Position numbers and translations under genes: made by a program | From: Ramazzottius varieornatus | Taxonomy: Eukaryota; Animalia; Tardigrada | Assembly: GCA_001949185.1 (NCBI GenBank) | Contig: BDGG01000003.1 | Span: 907,577 to 971,576, forward strand | Length of the DNA stretch: 64,000 nt | Direction of reading: 5' to 3' | Shown here: piece by piece, positions 47,761-61,905 of the stretch | Layout: each line of letters starts with the position of its first letter | How positions within the stretch are numbered: the stretch's first letter is position 1 | Notes under the pieces: model-generated | Seen by the model: only the letters and a program-made list of their open reading frames with translations | Told to the model about the DNA's origin: nothing | The model's database searches: none

Positions 47761-50309
47761 ATGAAGCCGAAGAATGGGAACGAACCGGGGAAAGGCAGCC
47801 AGGTGAAGTTCAACCCGAAGCTAAAGAAGGAGATGCAGAACGCCAAGGAGACGCGAAACCATAACCGAGTGCTTCAGGATGATCGCTTTTCTCGGATAGC
47901 TACTGACCCGCGTTTCCGTGGACTTCCAGCGGAGGAGAAGAAGATCCAGATTGATGACCGTTTCGAGTCGATGTTCACCGACAAGCGCTTCAATCAGAAA
48001 CATACGGTGGACAAACGCGGACGACCTGTCAATTTTGCTTCTTCCGATTCAATCCAAAAGTTTTACGAGCTTAGTGACAAGTCCGGGAAGAAGAAGGCCA
48101 GTCAGTCCGCCAACGACCGATTCAAACTTCCTGACGGTAGGCGATTCAAAAGGCTGCCTGTAGAATCTCCTTCAGAAATTGCGACAGTATTTCCGACAGG
48201 TTTAACATGGAGACATCGCCTGATTCTTGATTGATGACCTGTGTGATGGATTGCTGATTGATTCGGCTTTTGCGTGCAACGCTTGTTTCGTGTTTTGAAA
48301 TGTTCCTCATATCTTGCAGGTGATGGGACCGACGAAGATACTTCTGACGAGGAAGAAGATGACAATAATAATGCCGGTAGAGATTTTTCTCGGGGAAAGG
48401 GAAACGTGGAAAGCAGTTCGTCAGAAGAGTCGACAGATGAAGATGAAGACGGCCCTATCAGCAAAGGCGAGGAGATCGAGGAGATCGAGCATCCCTGGGC
48501 CGAACTAGCAAACGACGCTCCATCAACCGATGAAGTTACCAACCGACTAGCCTTGGTCAACATGGACTGGGAAAACATCCGTCCAGAAGACATTTTCGCT
48601 TTGTTGAACTCATTCAAACCAACGAATGGTTCAATCGAGTCCATCACAATCTACCCTTCTGAGTACGGCAAAGCAAAGATGGCGGAAGAAGGCACGAAAG
48701 GACCGTTAGAGTATGAAGCCCCTAAGAACGGCGAAGAGGAAGAGGAAGACGATTTAGACGCTGATTTGGACAGCGAAGAATATCGAAAGAAAGCCACGGA
48801 GAAGCTACGCAAGTACCAGCTGAACCGTCTGAAGTACTACTACGCAGTGGTGGTTTGCGACAGTAAGGAAACAGCCAACAAGGTTTACGAGGAATGTGAT
48901 GGGTTGGAGTACGAGAATTCGTCCACGGTGGTCGATCTGAGGTTCGTGCCGGACGAAATGGAGTTTGACGACAGCGAAGCCAAAAGTACCGTCAAGAACC
49001 TTCCGGCCAACTACCAGCCAGCCGAGTTTGTCAGCACGGCACTCCAGCAGTCCAAAGTCAGATGTTCGTGGGACGAAACGGCCAGAGATCGGCAGGGGCT
49101 GGGGAAGTTGGTGGACTGGGCGAAAATGGACGATATCCAGGTAAAATAAACCGTCTGTTGGAAAACGGTCTTAGTAGCGAATGGCGTCAACCGTCTGTCT
49201 GGTGCGCAACCGTAAATTAGAACCGTGCGTTATGCTTTTGCTAGCCCACAGTGACTAGGTGATATTTACGGTATGCGGTTCGAATGTGGCGGTCAGCGGT
49301 TTCTCGCTTTCTATGTTCTAACTTGTTGAAATTGCAGTTTTGTTTTTGTAGCTTCTCGTTGGGTTGTGTTGAATGGTGGTTCATGTTTTGTATGTTGTAG
49401 GCTTACCTGGCAAGTTCGTCTTCTGAACAAGATGCGGGAGACGTGGACGATGTGGATAACGATACGCGGTCAGTTCGCTCAACGAAGGACCCGGAAGCAA
49501 TTGAACGGTATCGAGCGCTGATTCTCGAACGGGATTCCAAAGACAAGTCAAAGAAAAAAGACACGCTGTCCGATGAGAGCGATGTCGATCTGGAAGTTGA
49601 TTGGGAACCTGGTGTGAAAACATCGACAGAAATCGCGCTGAACGAACAGAAGAAGAGGGCAGAAGTCAGTCAGTTAACGCCTTTTGAGAAAATACTCGAG
49701 AAACAAAAGCTGAGACGGAAGAATAAAAAGCTGGAGAAGTCCGAGAAGAAGAGCATTAAAGTAGCAAGGATGGAAGATGAAGAGGAGGAAAGTGACGATG
49801 ACTTGGAAGGTTCGTCCGAAGATGAAGAAGAGGAAGAAGAGGAGGAAGATGAGGAAGATGATAGTGAAGAAGAGGAAGGGGAACATGAAGCCGAGAAAGA
49901 AAAAGCTGACTTGGAATTGTTGGTGCAAGATGACAAAGATTCGAAGCGGCATTTCAGTCTGAAGAAGCTGATGAGAGACGGCGGGGAAGTCTCCAAGACC
50001 AAGAAAAAACAGTTGAGGAAGAAGAGGAAAGCTGGTGAAGCGGCGGAAGAACCCGAAGATGGCTTCCAGATGGATCTGAAAGACGAACGATTTGAGGCGC
50101 TCTTCACGTCCAACCAGTACAACGTCGACATGTCCGATCCTGCCTTCAAGAAGACCAAAGCTATGGATGCTTTGATCAAAGAAAAGCTGCAACGAGTCAA
50201 GAACGGAGAAAGGGGAGGAGAAAAGAAGAAGGGGACGATGGTGGTCCGACCGGAAATATCCTTGTTGGCCGAATCTGTCCAAGCGAAAACTAGAAGCAGT
50301 AAAAAGTAA
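47761..50309 (+). CDS. ESF1: ESF1 homologue (nucleolar pre-rRNA processing protein)
   Basis: DPRF..IDDRF..VDKRGR, TNRLALVNMDWE, LRKYQLNRLKYYYAVV, DLRFVPD, AYLASS, and the NUC153 motif DERFEALF..DPAFKKT. Introns about 48137-48319 and 49141-49400. Confidence 0.92.
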
Positions 50310-50604
50310 TAGTTATTTATTCTTCTTCCGTGAAGTCAAGCACTGGCTTCTCGTTTCACATGTTTTTCTTCGTCTTTTGTACCAATTTCTGATTAACGAC
50401 GAGAAAAGGAAAAAATGGGATTGTGAAGTTATCACATTTTGTTTTGCAACAGGTCCGTATCTAGGTGAAACCAAAATGGTATTCGCACGAGGGAATATGT
50501 CGATAGTGTATTGAAAGAACGAAGATCAGACAAAAACGCAAAACAACGATTGGTGCGAAATGGAGGCTTCAGGCTTGAATGACTGGTCAAAACTAGTCGG
50601 TAGA

Positions 50605-50940
50605 TTAGCCGGTCGCGCCCATGTTTTTCAGGTACTCTATCAAGTGTCGATCTTGCCTTTCTCTGGCAACTTCAAGAGCGGTTTTGAAATGACCGTCGTC
50701 TTTGAGGGGGAGGCTGTCGTTGACGCTGAAGACTCGGCTGGCGAAAATGGCGTTGAGAATGATGATGTCTTGCCGAGGTTGTGCGGGCGGCGTTGGTAGG
50801 TGTAAGTCGGAGACTGTCAAGAGCCAGGCCACGAACCTCTTAGTGTCGGGCAAAGTCCAGTCGTCACAAACCGTGGGATCCAAGGAAAGCTGGCGGACGA
50901 GGTCGCCGAAGAGAGCATTGGTAGTCACACCTGCTGCCAT
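50605..50940 (-). CDS. 111-aa intronless single-ankyrin protein, truncated paralogue of the gene at 53735
   Basis: DLVRQLSLDP..DW matches DLIRQIFLDP..DW, and TALEVA..LIEYLKNMGA matches TALSLS..LIKYLRKVGA. The AAGATGG start context is also shared. Confidence 0.65.
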   Translation of the reverse strand: MAAGVTTNALFGDLVRQLSLDPTVCDDWTLPDTKRFVAWLLTVSDLHLPTPPAQPRQDIIILNAIFASRVFSVNDSLPLKDDGHFKTALEVARERQDRHLIEYLKNMGATG

Positions 50941-53091
50941 CTTCGGTAGCTGTTCTCAGAAGAATCAAGGATCCCTTCTTGGAGAAGATATCTGAAACGT
51001 GTTGAGATTTGGTCGGGAATTTAAATTCAACTTTACTGTACATCTAAACGCCTTCGTGGGCGAAGTTCGAATGCTTTTCTTTCGGGAGGAGCCATGTGGT
51101 TTCATTGGTGATAGCTCTTCCTTTCTGTGGTCCGAAGCGAGGTAAGTCGTACGATTTACAGGTAGCTAGCGGTGTGAAGTACAGGTGAGGCCTTTGCCTA
51201 ATTACTTGGAGTGCAGGAAGCTTTGTGGTGCGAGGTTACTGGACATTTGACCGACAGGAAGTGCAGGGGGGATACTGACGTGTGAGTTGGTGTAGGAAAA
51301 TTACAGCTTGACCGAGTTTGCCGAGTCCTTTTATTCTATCAATTTAGAGTAACGTCTGAATAAATATTCCTCGCTACCGGGTAGTGATGTCGGCATAAGG
51401 GTATCGCGACCTAATATAATCTTGATTTAATAAGCCCGGGCTGCCAGAGTTCCAATAAAATCTTAATACAATATGCCCCGACCGCAGAGCATCTAATATA
51501 ATGTCAATATATTAAGTTATGTCGCTGGGTTCTTATTATAATATATTATTATATTTCTGTCATTTCTAGATCCATGTGTCAACGGGAAAAGATAACTTTC
51601 TTCCTCAACAATCTCATCATTAAAGCAGTTTTATCTAGATCCAGCAATAAAGGTCATGAATTATCAGTTAAAAGTACTACCAAGGAACCGTCCTAAAATA
51701 ACAGCAGTTTTAGCAGCTGTTATCTCTTCGGGCTGGTGTTCGAGGAATTCCTTTCTTTCAAGCCGTTCTTTCAAGCGCGATTCTGCAAACGCATTGCAGG
51801 ATCGCGCTGAAATGCATTGTTTACAGCGCGATTGGCGGGTACGCAACTGAGTCCCCGAAATCGTAGTCCTGCACTCACCAATCAAATCAGCTGCTTCAAT
51901 CAAGTCACCACATTCGAACGTTCGTGAGTCTATCACACGCGCCGGTGGGTGATGCGCAAAATGTACTGGCACACAGCACACTGCACACAGTTTCACGCTT
52001 ATTGCGGACGCAAATCAAGCATCACTTTAATCAACCGAAGCCAAAATCCGCATTTTGATAATTTTAATATGGAGCGCCTTGCGGCTTGATTTTAACATGA
52101 TAATACTAGCTCTGGCTTTCATCTAATTTGATACTGATAAATATTCCCCCTCGGCCGAGGCATCTAATAAATGTTAATGCAAAAAGCATCTAATAAGTTC
52201 TAATTTAGTATAATACTCATATATGTCAACATCACTACTACCGGACGTAAAACTTTGTATCGAGGTGTTCATCGGGAGTTCTACGGAGGTGACTGCCATA
52301 TATCTTGAGCCGATATTCTTGGGCATTTTGCCCTTTGTAGGAAAACCTTTGCAACAAACGAGAAATCGTAAGTTTCGCTTATTCGATGAGGGTCGGGAAA
52401 CCAATAGCAAACCGTAGTTCCATGAAGAAAGCTTAAGCTAGCTGCAAATGTAGAATGTTTCAAAGCTGAAGATTTAGCGTGCGAAACAGAAGAAAAGGAT
52501 CTGGGGTGAGATGGTTACCGTAAGAGAATTTTCCTGACACTGAAATGCACTCATCTCAGATGCACGCGTAAAGATTGGGTGGCTTTTATATCTTTCCTAC
52601 TCACGCACGCAGAAGAGAGCTCATGTTACCTGCCTGTGACTTTTCACGTAATCGTCATGACGTCATGCGCTTCTCGAATGTAAGCCTGGGATTATTCTGG
52701 CCTGGTAGTACGTCTGCGTACGTCACACGGCTCTCGCCACGACAGCCTGGGATAATTCCGTTAACACATTAAAGAGTTTGATACGGAACTCGAGCAGCGC
52801 AAGAAATCCGAGTAGCGTAAAACTCTGGCCCCTCCCATTCCTTACTCTAATCGGCTGAGGTTGAGACCCGCTCCGCAATCCAGCCGACTAGCGTAACTTC
52901 ACCGGAAGGTTTTGCAAAACCTCCATCAGTTTTCGTGATTAATGACTTTTCGGTAAGATGCGATGTCGAATCACACGAAGTGTCCAGTTCTAATACAGCA
53001 ACGGAAAAAGTGATTTCCAGTTCCGACTGCTTAAAGCTCAAGTGAATCTTGATACGAAAAGCAGCAGCTAAAGGCAAAGTAAAATCCAGAA

Positions 53092-53265
53092 AGTGGCAAA
53101 AGCCACAGTTAGAGACACAGCTCTTATTGTGGCAAAAGTCACAGTTGAAGTTGCAGTCTCATCAGATTTTCGAAAGCCACAGTTACACCCACAGTCAAAC
53201 TGAGACTGTCATTGTTTTCTAGGTTGACAAAGTCACAGTCAAGCGTGCAGTCGCTACTACAGTTT
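53092..53265. repeat. Cluster of AAAG(C/T)CACAGT motifs, probably transposon subterminal repeats
   Basis: Four copies of AAAGYCACAGT plus further ACAGT cores. No matching partner end was identified. Confidence 0.5.
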
Positions 53266-53734
53266 CACGAATAATCAATAACCGACGTTAAACCCTGAAA
53301 GATATAGTTAGAAGGGCAGTTGGCACCTCGGTGGGTCGTCTTGAAAGCAAATCTGAGGTTTTGAAAAACTTTTGGGAAGAAATACCCACATAAAAGCTTA
53401 GTTGGAACGTTACTTGGATTTCTTACGCACTCGAGTAACGGCCCATATGCCTTACTCGGAAATTAAGCACCGAGCACATCAGTGGGTTCAGTCGGTTCGG
53501 CTCCGCCCACGTGCTCCCTTTCAGTTCGCTAATTCCTACGCTAATCCGATTTCTTGCTCTGCTCGAGCGCCGCATTAACCTCTGGATTTCTTTGTATACC
53601 CAATACTATACCGCCTTGTGGGTACGCGCACTTGCTGTTTATGGTCTTTGCTCATTGCTTCAGATCACAGTATCTTTCCCAGAACCGTTCGTCCGAATCT
53701 GCTGAATATTGTCTTCGGAGAACTTACCGCAAAG

Positions 53735-56700
53735 ATGGCGGAGACGGAACCTGAACCCACTCTGGAGCCGCTGGATCTTATCCGGCAGATATTCTTGGAT
53801 CCAATGTCAAGTCGGGACTGGTCGCGCGAAGACTGTCGGAGATGCAATCCGAGAATCACAAAACCTTGGTAAGACAGTCAACCATCCAGAAGATAGTTTA
53901 TTTGGCGTTGAGAACAACTCGACGAAAAGGAACCATTCAGAAAGTTGTTCAGAAAACGATTCGAAAAAGTTTGTTACAATGTCGTTCATGTTTTCACGTA
54001 AGCGGTGGGTTACGTCATCGTACACGAAATGGTTGTCCCTGTTCATATAGAGTTCATGGTCACATGGTAGAGGCTTAATTTCCAATTGTGGACACGAAGC
54101 ATACCGCTTTCACTGACCACTGTTACATCATGCCACGCATGGCACGTCGTACGGTCTAATCACTGCTGGAGCTTGGTTGTTACGTCGTGTGGTAACTGTG
54201 GTTGCTGTTACCGTTTGGACGTTGTTTTGCTACGGATGCATACAGGGTAGCCGTTCCTTGTCCATCGTGCGTAGGAATACTTGATTAGGAGCTACTGCAG
54301 ATGAAAGTACGAGACGCCCGACCACCTGCCGTTTGGTAATGAATTGGTACCTTGCAGGAAAGACCAGCAAATTTCAAGGATGATCGTTTGGATATCGTCC
54401 TCCTGCACTGTCTCCTGACCACCGAAGCATTCCACGTGGATGAGCTGGTCCAGACAGCGGATGAAGGGTGTATCGAGACAGCCTTGTCGCTGTCCGTCCT
54501 CCACAACGACGTCGAGCTGATCAAGTACCTACGGAAGGTGGGCGCTTCTCCCGACATCATGATCGGCCCTGTCTCGTCCATGTTCAACAAACCGTCCATG
54601 TTGGCTTCGGATCGTCCTTGTCCAGAGTTCCAGACGATGATTCTGCAGTATTGCCAGCCGCCAGCGCGGGTACCAGTCCAGGTAGGCCATGACGTTTCAT
54701 CATGCCGTTAATTGCATCTGGCAAATTTGGTTGTTGTCTGTTTTTGCAGGTGGAAGAGGACGACATCTGGAGGCTGGAGAACGACTTGCCGGATCAGGCG
54801 GACTTTCTACAGTTGATTCAGTCCAAGAATATTGTCCAGTTTTTCGATAAAGGCATTGAGTATGACAGAGCTCGCATAGCACGAGATCCTAATAACAGTG
54901 AGTGTCTCCAAATTATATTCTACGGATATTCTTGTTTGAAAAATTTAGTTTTTATATTATTGGTCCATTGTGATATTTTCCTATTAAGATGCTGTTTTTC
55001 CCGTCCGGTCTTTTTCCTCCCGAAATTATTTTGTAGCTTGAAAGGCAGAAGTAAAATAATTTTGACCAACGTGTTTGTTGCGTCGGATTTTCCATTGTGG
55101 TTCTTGGGTTTCGAACGTGTCCATTCTGTCTTCCACCATAGTCAAAACATGGACACGTCTCCACCGTGCCTATGTCTACGCCACGCTCAACCAACGTCGG
55201 CCCAATGGACCGCTCCCAGAAGAATTCCAGCAGATTGCCCTCTTTCTAGATTACAAGGGCGACATCTCTGTCAACAGCTGGCTGATCGACGAGGTAGTCG
55301 ATCGCAAGACAGCGCTCTTCGAAGCCATCTCCAGCAAGAACTTTCTCTATGTCGAGTGGCTCCTCAAGGTTCAGAAAGCTGATCCCAACCAAGTAAGCTT
55401 CTTTTCTTCTCGTATTACGTTATTTTCCACTGCTTCATTCACCTGCGTACCCGCCTCATCGTGTACATGCGGGGCACAGGGCATGCAGGTGGACGGAAGC
55501 CGAGTAGCGAGTGCGTCACGACATCAAACCTCATCGATATGGGGTTCCACTATGCAGCTCGATGATGTCGTGTCTTTCTCGGGATGAAGCTTCTTTCTGA
55601 TTTTTCTAATTACAGGTGAGCTATACGGACGGAGTCTTCTGGCATGAAGCTGACAGGCAGTCCAACCCGATCGAGCAGACTTTACGAGGGTTCTTAGTGT
55701 GGGACGAGGAAGAGAGCGAGATGGTGGGGCGAATGATGGACCTCATTCTTGATCATGGCTGTACCAAAGAGAACCAAACGATAGCTTTTTTGAGGATCTT
55801 ACGGGACGATATAGCCCTCCAGATGGTCTGCGTGGAAGTCTTGCACTTCATGCGCATGACGGAACGATTGCTTGATAGGACGCCGGACATCCTGACGGAA
55901 GACGTCCGACGAGCGTTCAACCACGGACTGCCATTGTGAGTAAACATGCATCGTCGAGAAAATTTACAAAATGTTTAGATTCAGTAATAGAATTTCATCA
56001 ACTAGGTACAGTAGTTCAAAATATTCGAATAGCCTTCCTAAATGACGAATTGAAATATTTACCAATAAGTTGAGCAACAGATTTTTTTTTTCGAAAAGAA
56101 AAATCGGTTGAGTGGACCGGAAGTGATTCTTACTTCAGAAATCAACGAGAAACATGAGTAGTTCGTACAGTCTACAAGTGAAAACCATCAGTTGTTGACG
56201 AACTTGAAATAAATGTTGATTTCTTCAGGATAATTCGGGTATGCGAATCAAAATGGTTCGACGAGAGGTTGGAAAGTCCCACGGTTGCCCACACGTTTGA
56301 GAACGTCATAGCCAGAGTGTTTCCATTCCTCCGTCGCATGACTCCATCCGAGCGGTTCTCCATCCGTCCAGAAACCTCTCGGTGTCTGACCATCAACCGT
56401 AGTTACCGTACCTTGGCTTGTCTTCTGTGCTTTTACGACGGCGACCTCGGTTCGGTCGGACTGTACCACAACATCATCCGAACGAACCTCCCTTTCATCA
56501 ACCCCATCTACTGCGAGGTTCATCAAGCCACGGGCTTTCCACAGGGCGACGTGATTGAGAACAACCGGAAGAGAGTCCATGCCTTGATGATCATCATGGT
56601 CCGCTCACTTCCGGTGGCCACTGCAGTCAAAGATTTCCTCTTGGATTTTGTGAGAATACTAATTGATGATCAAACTCCTCAGTTACCTGCCAAGATTTAT

Positions 56701-56865
56701 AGTTTGCAAAATCGATGCATTTCTGTGATGAGACAGACGATGAAGGCGGGAAGTGTTAAGGAGGAACATGTCAAAAGTGTTTTACCACCGACGTTGTTCA
56801 ATGATATCTTCATGTCCGGTGTAGAATGTTCCCTTCTCGCCTCCATTGAGCCGACATCGTTGTGA
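53735..56865 (+). CDS. Ankyrin-repeat and SOCS-box (ASB-like) protein, multi-exon
   Basis: Ankyrin-like TALSLSVLHNDVELIKYLRKVGASPD and TALFEAISSKNFLYVEWLL..ADPN, and a C-terminal SOCS-like SLQNRCISVMR..LPPTLFNDI. Some exon junctions are unresolved. Confidence 0.7.
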
Positions 56866-57517
56866 ATTCGGTTTTAGTACGAGTTGTCGTGGCTCAATCT
56901 GTTTCTCTTGCGTCCTCTTTTCGAGTACCATGTCTAGTCTTATTGTTACCTTTTAATTATTCTCTACCGGAAAATGTTTTAGCGAAGTGTCGGCGAGGTC
57001 GATAAATATTTTTACGTTGTGCGGCTTCTGCGGCTATGGCGACCCAATGGGCAGTATCTCAGGACTTCTGACGCAAGTGCGGTGCTGCCCGATGGTCGGT
57101 CCACGGTGTCTTTGTCACATCACGGTTGACCGAAATCTGCTCCTGATTGACTGATTGAGGCTCGAGAAATAGTGATTTTTCATTTGTTTACATTTCCGAT
57201 ACCCGATTTAATTTTGCATTTTCGGAAGTTTGTCGCATAACGCGACTCTGTCCTTGTGATCTTTTGCGGACTTGACCATGTACGAATGAAGAGTCTACAG
57301 GAAAAACTAACATCAGGAGAGTGGATGAGGCTTGAACGTGTGAGAAGGACGAGTCTTCGGAGATGCAACTGCCCGTGGGCAAATCTTCATCAGTAAAGTC
57401 CAAACCGGTTTCTTAAGCCCAAGTTCATATCGATCATATGTCTCGCATCTCGATGTGGATCAATCTGACTTTTGTACCGGCGATTCCCTTCAGTTTACGG
57501 TTAATCGATGAGATCAT

Positions 57518-60500
57518 ATGAAGATGGACTCTCCGCAAGATCATCCGAGCGGCCGTAAAAGACGACCGGAGAACAGCAAGACAGTCAAAACCGGACCAGT
57601 CGTCCAACCAATTAACCGTCAATCAACGGAAGAAATCAACGTTGTTAAAGTCCTGCCCTCAAAGACGACCGGCCACCTCATCCCTTTGCTTCTCCTTACT
57701 ATTGCTGCCGGAGCTACTCGGTTATGGCGTCTCGGACAACCTTCAGCTGTCGTGTAAGTTAGCCTACTCGCTGCGAACTTACATTTCGATTTCCTAGTAT
57801 GAGTCTGTTCTCGCAGCTTCGACGAGCTATTCTACAGTCGCTTCGTCCACATGTACATCAACCGCATCTTCTTCTTCGACTCCAATCCCCCATTCGGAAA
57901 GCAGCTCATTGCAACAGCAGCGTATCTGGCTGGATACGGCAATCAGAACGAAACGTTTGAACAAATCGGTAAGTGAAAAAGCTGAGGAAAAAGCAGCGGA
58001 AGTGAAATCGATGTCCCGTTGCATGTAATGTCATATGTCCATGGTTTCTGTGTCATGTCATGTCATGTGTTCACAGTTCATGTTGCGTGTTTGCAGGTGA
58101 TCCATACGCGGAAGATACTCCCATCGTCGTTCTCCGCCTTCTTCCTGCTCTCTTCGGTGCTTTCCTCATTCCTGTCTCCTACCTGATCTCCACCGAACTC
58201 GGATACTCTCGCTTTGAATCCACAGTAACGGCTTGTTGTTTTCTGTTCGATAACGCTCTGGTCACCGGTTCGCGCTTTGTCCTGATCGACTCGATCAACC
58301 TGTGTCTGCTTCTTCTTGCTGTCCTTTTCGTTCTCAGATTTACCCACGAAGCATGTCTGTCGTACACGTCTGCCAAGTATGGCCTGCTTACGGGATTATT
58401 CATGGGATTATCCATCAGTACGAAGTTTTTGTCTCTGAACACGCTACTGGTTCTTGGCTGGGTCGTCGTAAGGCACTTCTGGAAGACTATCGATGATCTG
58501 ACCATATCCGCGGGGAAATTGTGGAAGTATCTGCTCTTTTGGGTCTTCTTGGTCTTCTGGGTACCGCTGGGAGTGTATGTGGCAACTTTTTATGTGCATT
58601 TTCTGGTGCTGAACAAGGCTGGACCTTACGACGCCATGATGTCCACACGCTTCCAGGCTAGCCTCGAGGTATCAAACTCATGTGTAAGCGAAGACCAAAA
58701 ACTCAAAGCCTAAGTGAAAAGTTCTTCAGGGAGGGCTTGCAGCCATTACGCAGGGACAGCCATACGATATTGCTCACGGATCGCAAATCACGTTGAGAAA
58801 TGTGGCGGGAGTCAATGAAGAACCTTGCTGGTTGCATTCCCACGATGCGGTAAGGAAGCCATTACGGAGAGCTAACGGCTTACACTGACAGGGAAATTCA
58901 CTCTTGAAATGATTGTTAACTGGCTTACAGGTCTATCCTGTTAGGTACGAGGGTACCAATCGGGGAAGTTCGCATCAGCAGCAAGTGACTTGTTATTCGT
59001 TTAAAGACGTCAACAACTGGTGGATTGTCAAACGACCAGGAAAGAAAATTTCCGGAGTGGCTGGCTACCCAGATGTTATCCAGGATCGCGACATCATCGA
59101 GTTGGTTCATGGCATTAGTGGACGTTTACTCAACAGGTGACCATGATCTCATTTTAGTGGTGAAATATAGCTATCGATGAACGATTGGTTTCATTGTGCG
59201 TGATTGTAGTCACGACGTTGCAGCTCCGATGTCACCCGAATGCCAAGAAGTGACGTGTTACATGGACTACAACATCTCAATGGCGCCGGAAACACTGTGG
59301 AGAGTGGTAAGCAAGTTTCTATGAGATGGATTTCTTGACACACTGTAGCTTTCAGTGCTGCAAAACTTGAGGGAAGAAATCAGGAAATTTAATTTGTTTA
59401 TCCGACAGTGATTGTTGGTTTTCGGTTTGGAGATCAACATGTCTTGTTGTTGCAGAAAATCAAACGACAGGAAAGTGACGATAAAATCTGGCACGCCATC
59501 CACACTCAGGTCCAAATCATCCATGTCACTAACGACCTCCCTGAGACGTCGCCTCAGGCATTAGCTGTGACTGGACTGAGACTTCCCGAATGGGGATTCG
59601 GGCAGTTCGAAGTGGTGTCCAGTGATCAACACAGTGCATTTACGGTGTCCCTGTGGAACGTCGAGGAACATCGCTACACCAAAGGTAACATTAGATTCCG
59701 TCTACCTAAACTGCTATCTTCCATCTCGTGTGTTTCCAGTGGATGGAAACGCAGAGAACGATACGGAAGGATCGGTCAACAAGCCGGTACAACTATCTTT
59801 CTGGAGCAAGTTTCTCGAGCTACAGTGGAGCATGCTGGGACTTTCTAAAGACACCGTGGAGGAGCACGTGTATGGCTCGGGTCCGCTCCAGTGGATCAAA
59901 AACGACAACGGCGTGGCTTTCTGGGCTGAAAAAGGCACCAACGTAAGACTTAATGGACTGCTCGTAATTATTAGTGTTTGAAATTTGGTTTACTCTTCAA
60001 TGTTTTTCCTTTGTTTGTTCAGAGGCAAATTTATCAAGTGGGCAATTTGGTCATTTGGAGAACCGGAGCGTTGGTCGTCCCATTGACCGTCGTTATTTTG
60101 CTTGTTTTCGCTCTATGGAATATGCGGTATCCGAAGAGCCTACCAGTTTCCCCGGCGCAGTGGAACAGAATACTCGCCAGTAGCGAACTTTTGCTGATGG
60201 GATTTTTGTTCAACTGGCTGCTGTTCTTCTTTACGGACCGCACTCTGTTCTTTCATCATTACTTTCCTGGACTAGCTTTCAAATTCTTGCTGATTGGAAG
60301 CTTCTTCGGCGAAGTATATGAGCGGTTGGGTAACAGGTACGTCCAACACAGTGAAACGTTGAGGCAGTGTCTCAATAGCGATGTCAAGGCGGGTTTGTTT
60401 GTAGTTTTGTTGGACGACATGTTCTTCATGGGCTGTGTGTTGTATGGCTGCTGGCGGTCATACATACCTTTGTTTTGTACTCGCCATTGACGTATGGTTG

Positions 60501-60573
60501 GGCGGTATTGTCGAGAGAGGAACTGCGCGATCTCGAACGGAAAGAAAGCTGGGCTTTTATAATACGAAACTGA
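57518..60573 (+). CDS. POMT1: Protein O-mannosyltransferase 1
   Basis: [48 protein letters not shown]-domain [44 protein letters not shown] and [10 protein letters not shown]. Multiple short introns. Confidence 0.92.
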
Positions 60574-61471
60574 GAAGTGAACACCGTTCCTGTTCTGCTT
60601 GAATTGACAAATTTAAATACGCCGGCGCCAGTTAAGAACTCAGATATGAGTTTTGTCGGTGGCTGTCTTGTCCACTCCGTTTTTATGCAGTGTGATAATG
60701 ATTAATGAAGCTTGTCGTTTGAACACGAGCGATGTGGTTCGAAGAAGTTTGCGAAAGTCACAAGTTGTAGTGGGTGCTGAAGCGCGACTGTACTCTGCTA
60801 CACACAAATCAGAAATGCGATTTCCAGACGTTCGTTTTGACGAATGGGTATCTGCATACGAGAATGCGTCCAGAGTATTCTGGCTTGGATTCGGCCTTTT
60901 TTGACATCAAGTTGTTCGAAATATCGAACTGTACCAAAGGTTCAATTCGGGGCACTTTGGGGCGGTAATGAAGACAAAACGAGTGGCTGAAATATTTGAA
61001 TATATTTATCGAAAATCACAAGGGTGTTAGGGGCTAGTCTTGGTGTCAGCAGCGCACTCCAGCTGGAGACGCGCACCAGCAAGCACTTCCGGTGCATATT
61101 GTCTGTGGGCTGTTAGTCATTGGTTAGTTGATTAAATTTGGCTGCGCACAGCGTATTTCGACCAGTGCGCGTGCCGATTCGTGCGCCACATAGGTTTTCA
61201 GCACTTTCAGCTACCTCCTCGTAACTTTTTGTCCTGTGGCCAGAATCCAATTCTGAGTTCAGATTCGTGTTTCTCAAGGTCTGTTTGACATAGATGCATC
61301 TCCGGTTGAAGCTTTTTCTCGGGCTCCGAAAACTTTAAAACGTTCTTGTGAACAATTGGGTCAGACCTGCTTTGGACTCATTCTCGTATGCAGATACCCA
61401 AATGTTCGAGCAAGGTCTACAATTGCATTGACATCGCTTGATGAGAAAGAGTGGACACACATGGGCAATGA

Positions 61472-61905
61472 CTACAACACTGCTTTCTTGCAAGATTGTC
61501 CACCACAACGTTTAGGGCAGCATTTGTATGTTAGTCCGCAGTCGGCGTCATCTTGGCAGGTAACGAAACAAGCTCCTTCGTGCGTTTTAGCAGGAGGTGG
61601 ACATGAACCCGGCATACGCATAGCTCGGCATTCGGGTCGACCGTTGCGAACGATACAGCGGGTTCCTTGTTGGCAAATCATTTCCTGCGCGAGAAAGGAA
61701 ATGTGTAATTCGCTTTCGCGAACCGCATAGGTATAACAACGCAAAGACTCACACATTCCTCGAGCGTTATCTGCTCCTGTTCCTCCGAGGTGTCCCGCAT
61801 TTGTATAATAGTTCTCGCCCGAGTGGTTTCTCTTGTGCAGAGGAAGCTCAGTACGATGACGGTGAAAGCAGGCAGAAACATATTTTGTGGAAGTAATCTC
61901 AGCAT
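61472..61905 (-). CDS. Small secreted WAP (four-disulfide core) protein with a preceding follistatin-N-like Cys module
   Basis: Signal-like N-terminus, intron about 61752-61686, then CEMICQQGTRC..PEC and PGSCP..CFVTCQDDADC..KCC..CGGQSC. Confidence 0.8.

Noticed and set aside
49670-50282. Long antisense ORFs (poly-Ser, Phe/Leu-rich)
   Set aside because: Antisense shadows of the Glu/Lys-rich ESF1 exon.
51380-52460. AT-rich stretch with a Cys-containing ORF (51664-51996)
   Set aside because: Possibly a transposon relic, but no termini or domain could be supported.
53092-53265. Spaced short repeats superficially like a CRISPR array
   Set aside because: The repeats are about 11 bp, irregularly spaced and degenerate, in eukaryotic DNA with no cas genes.
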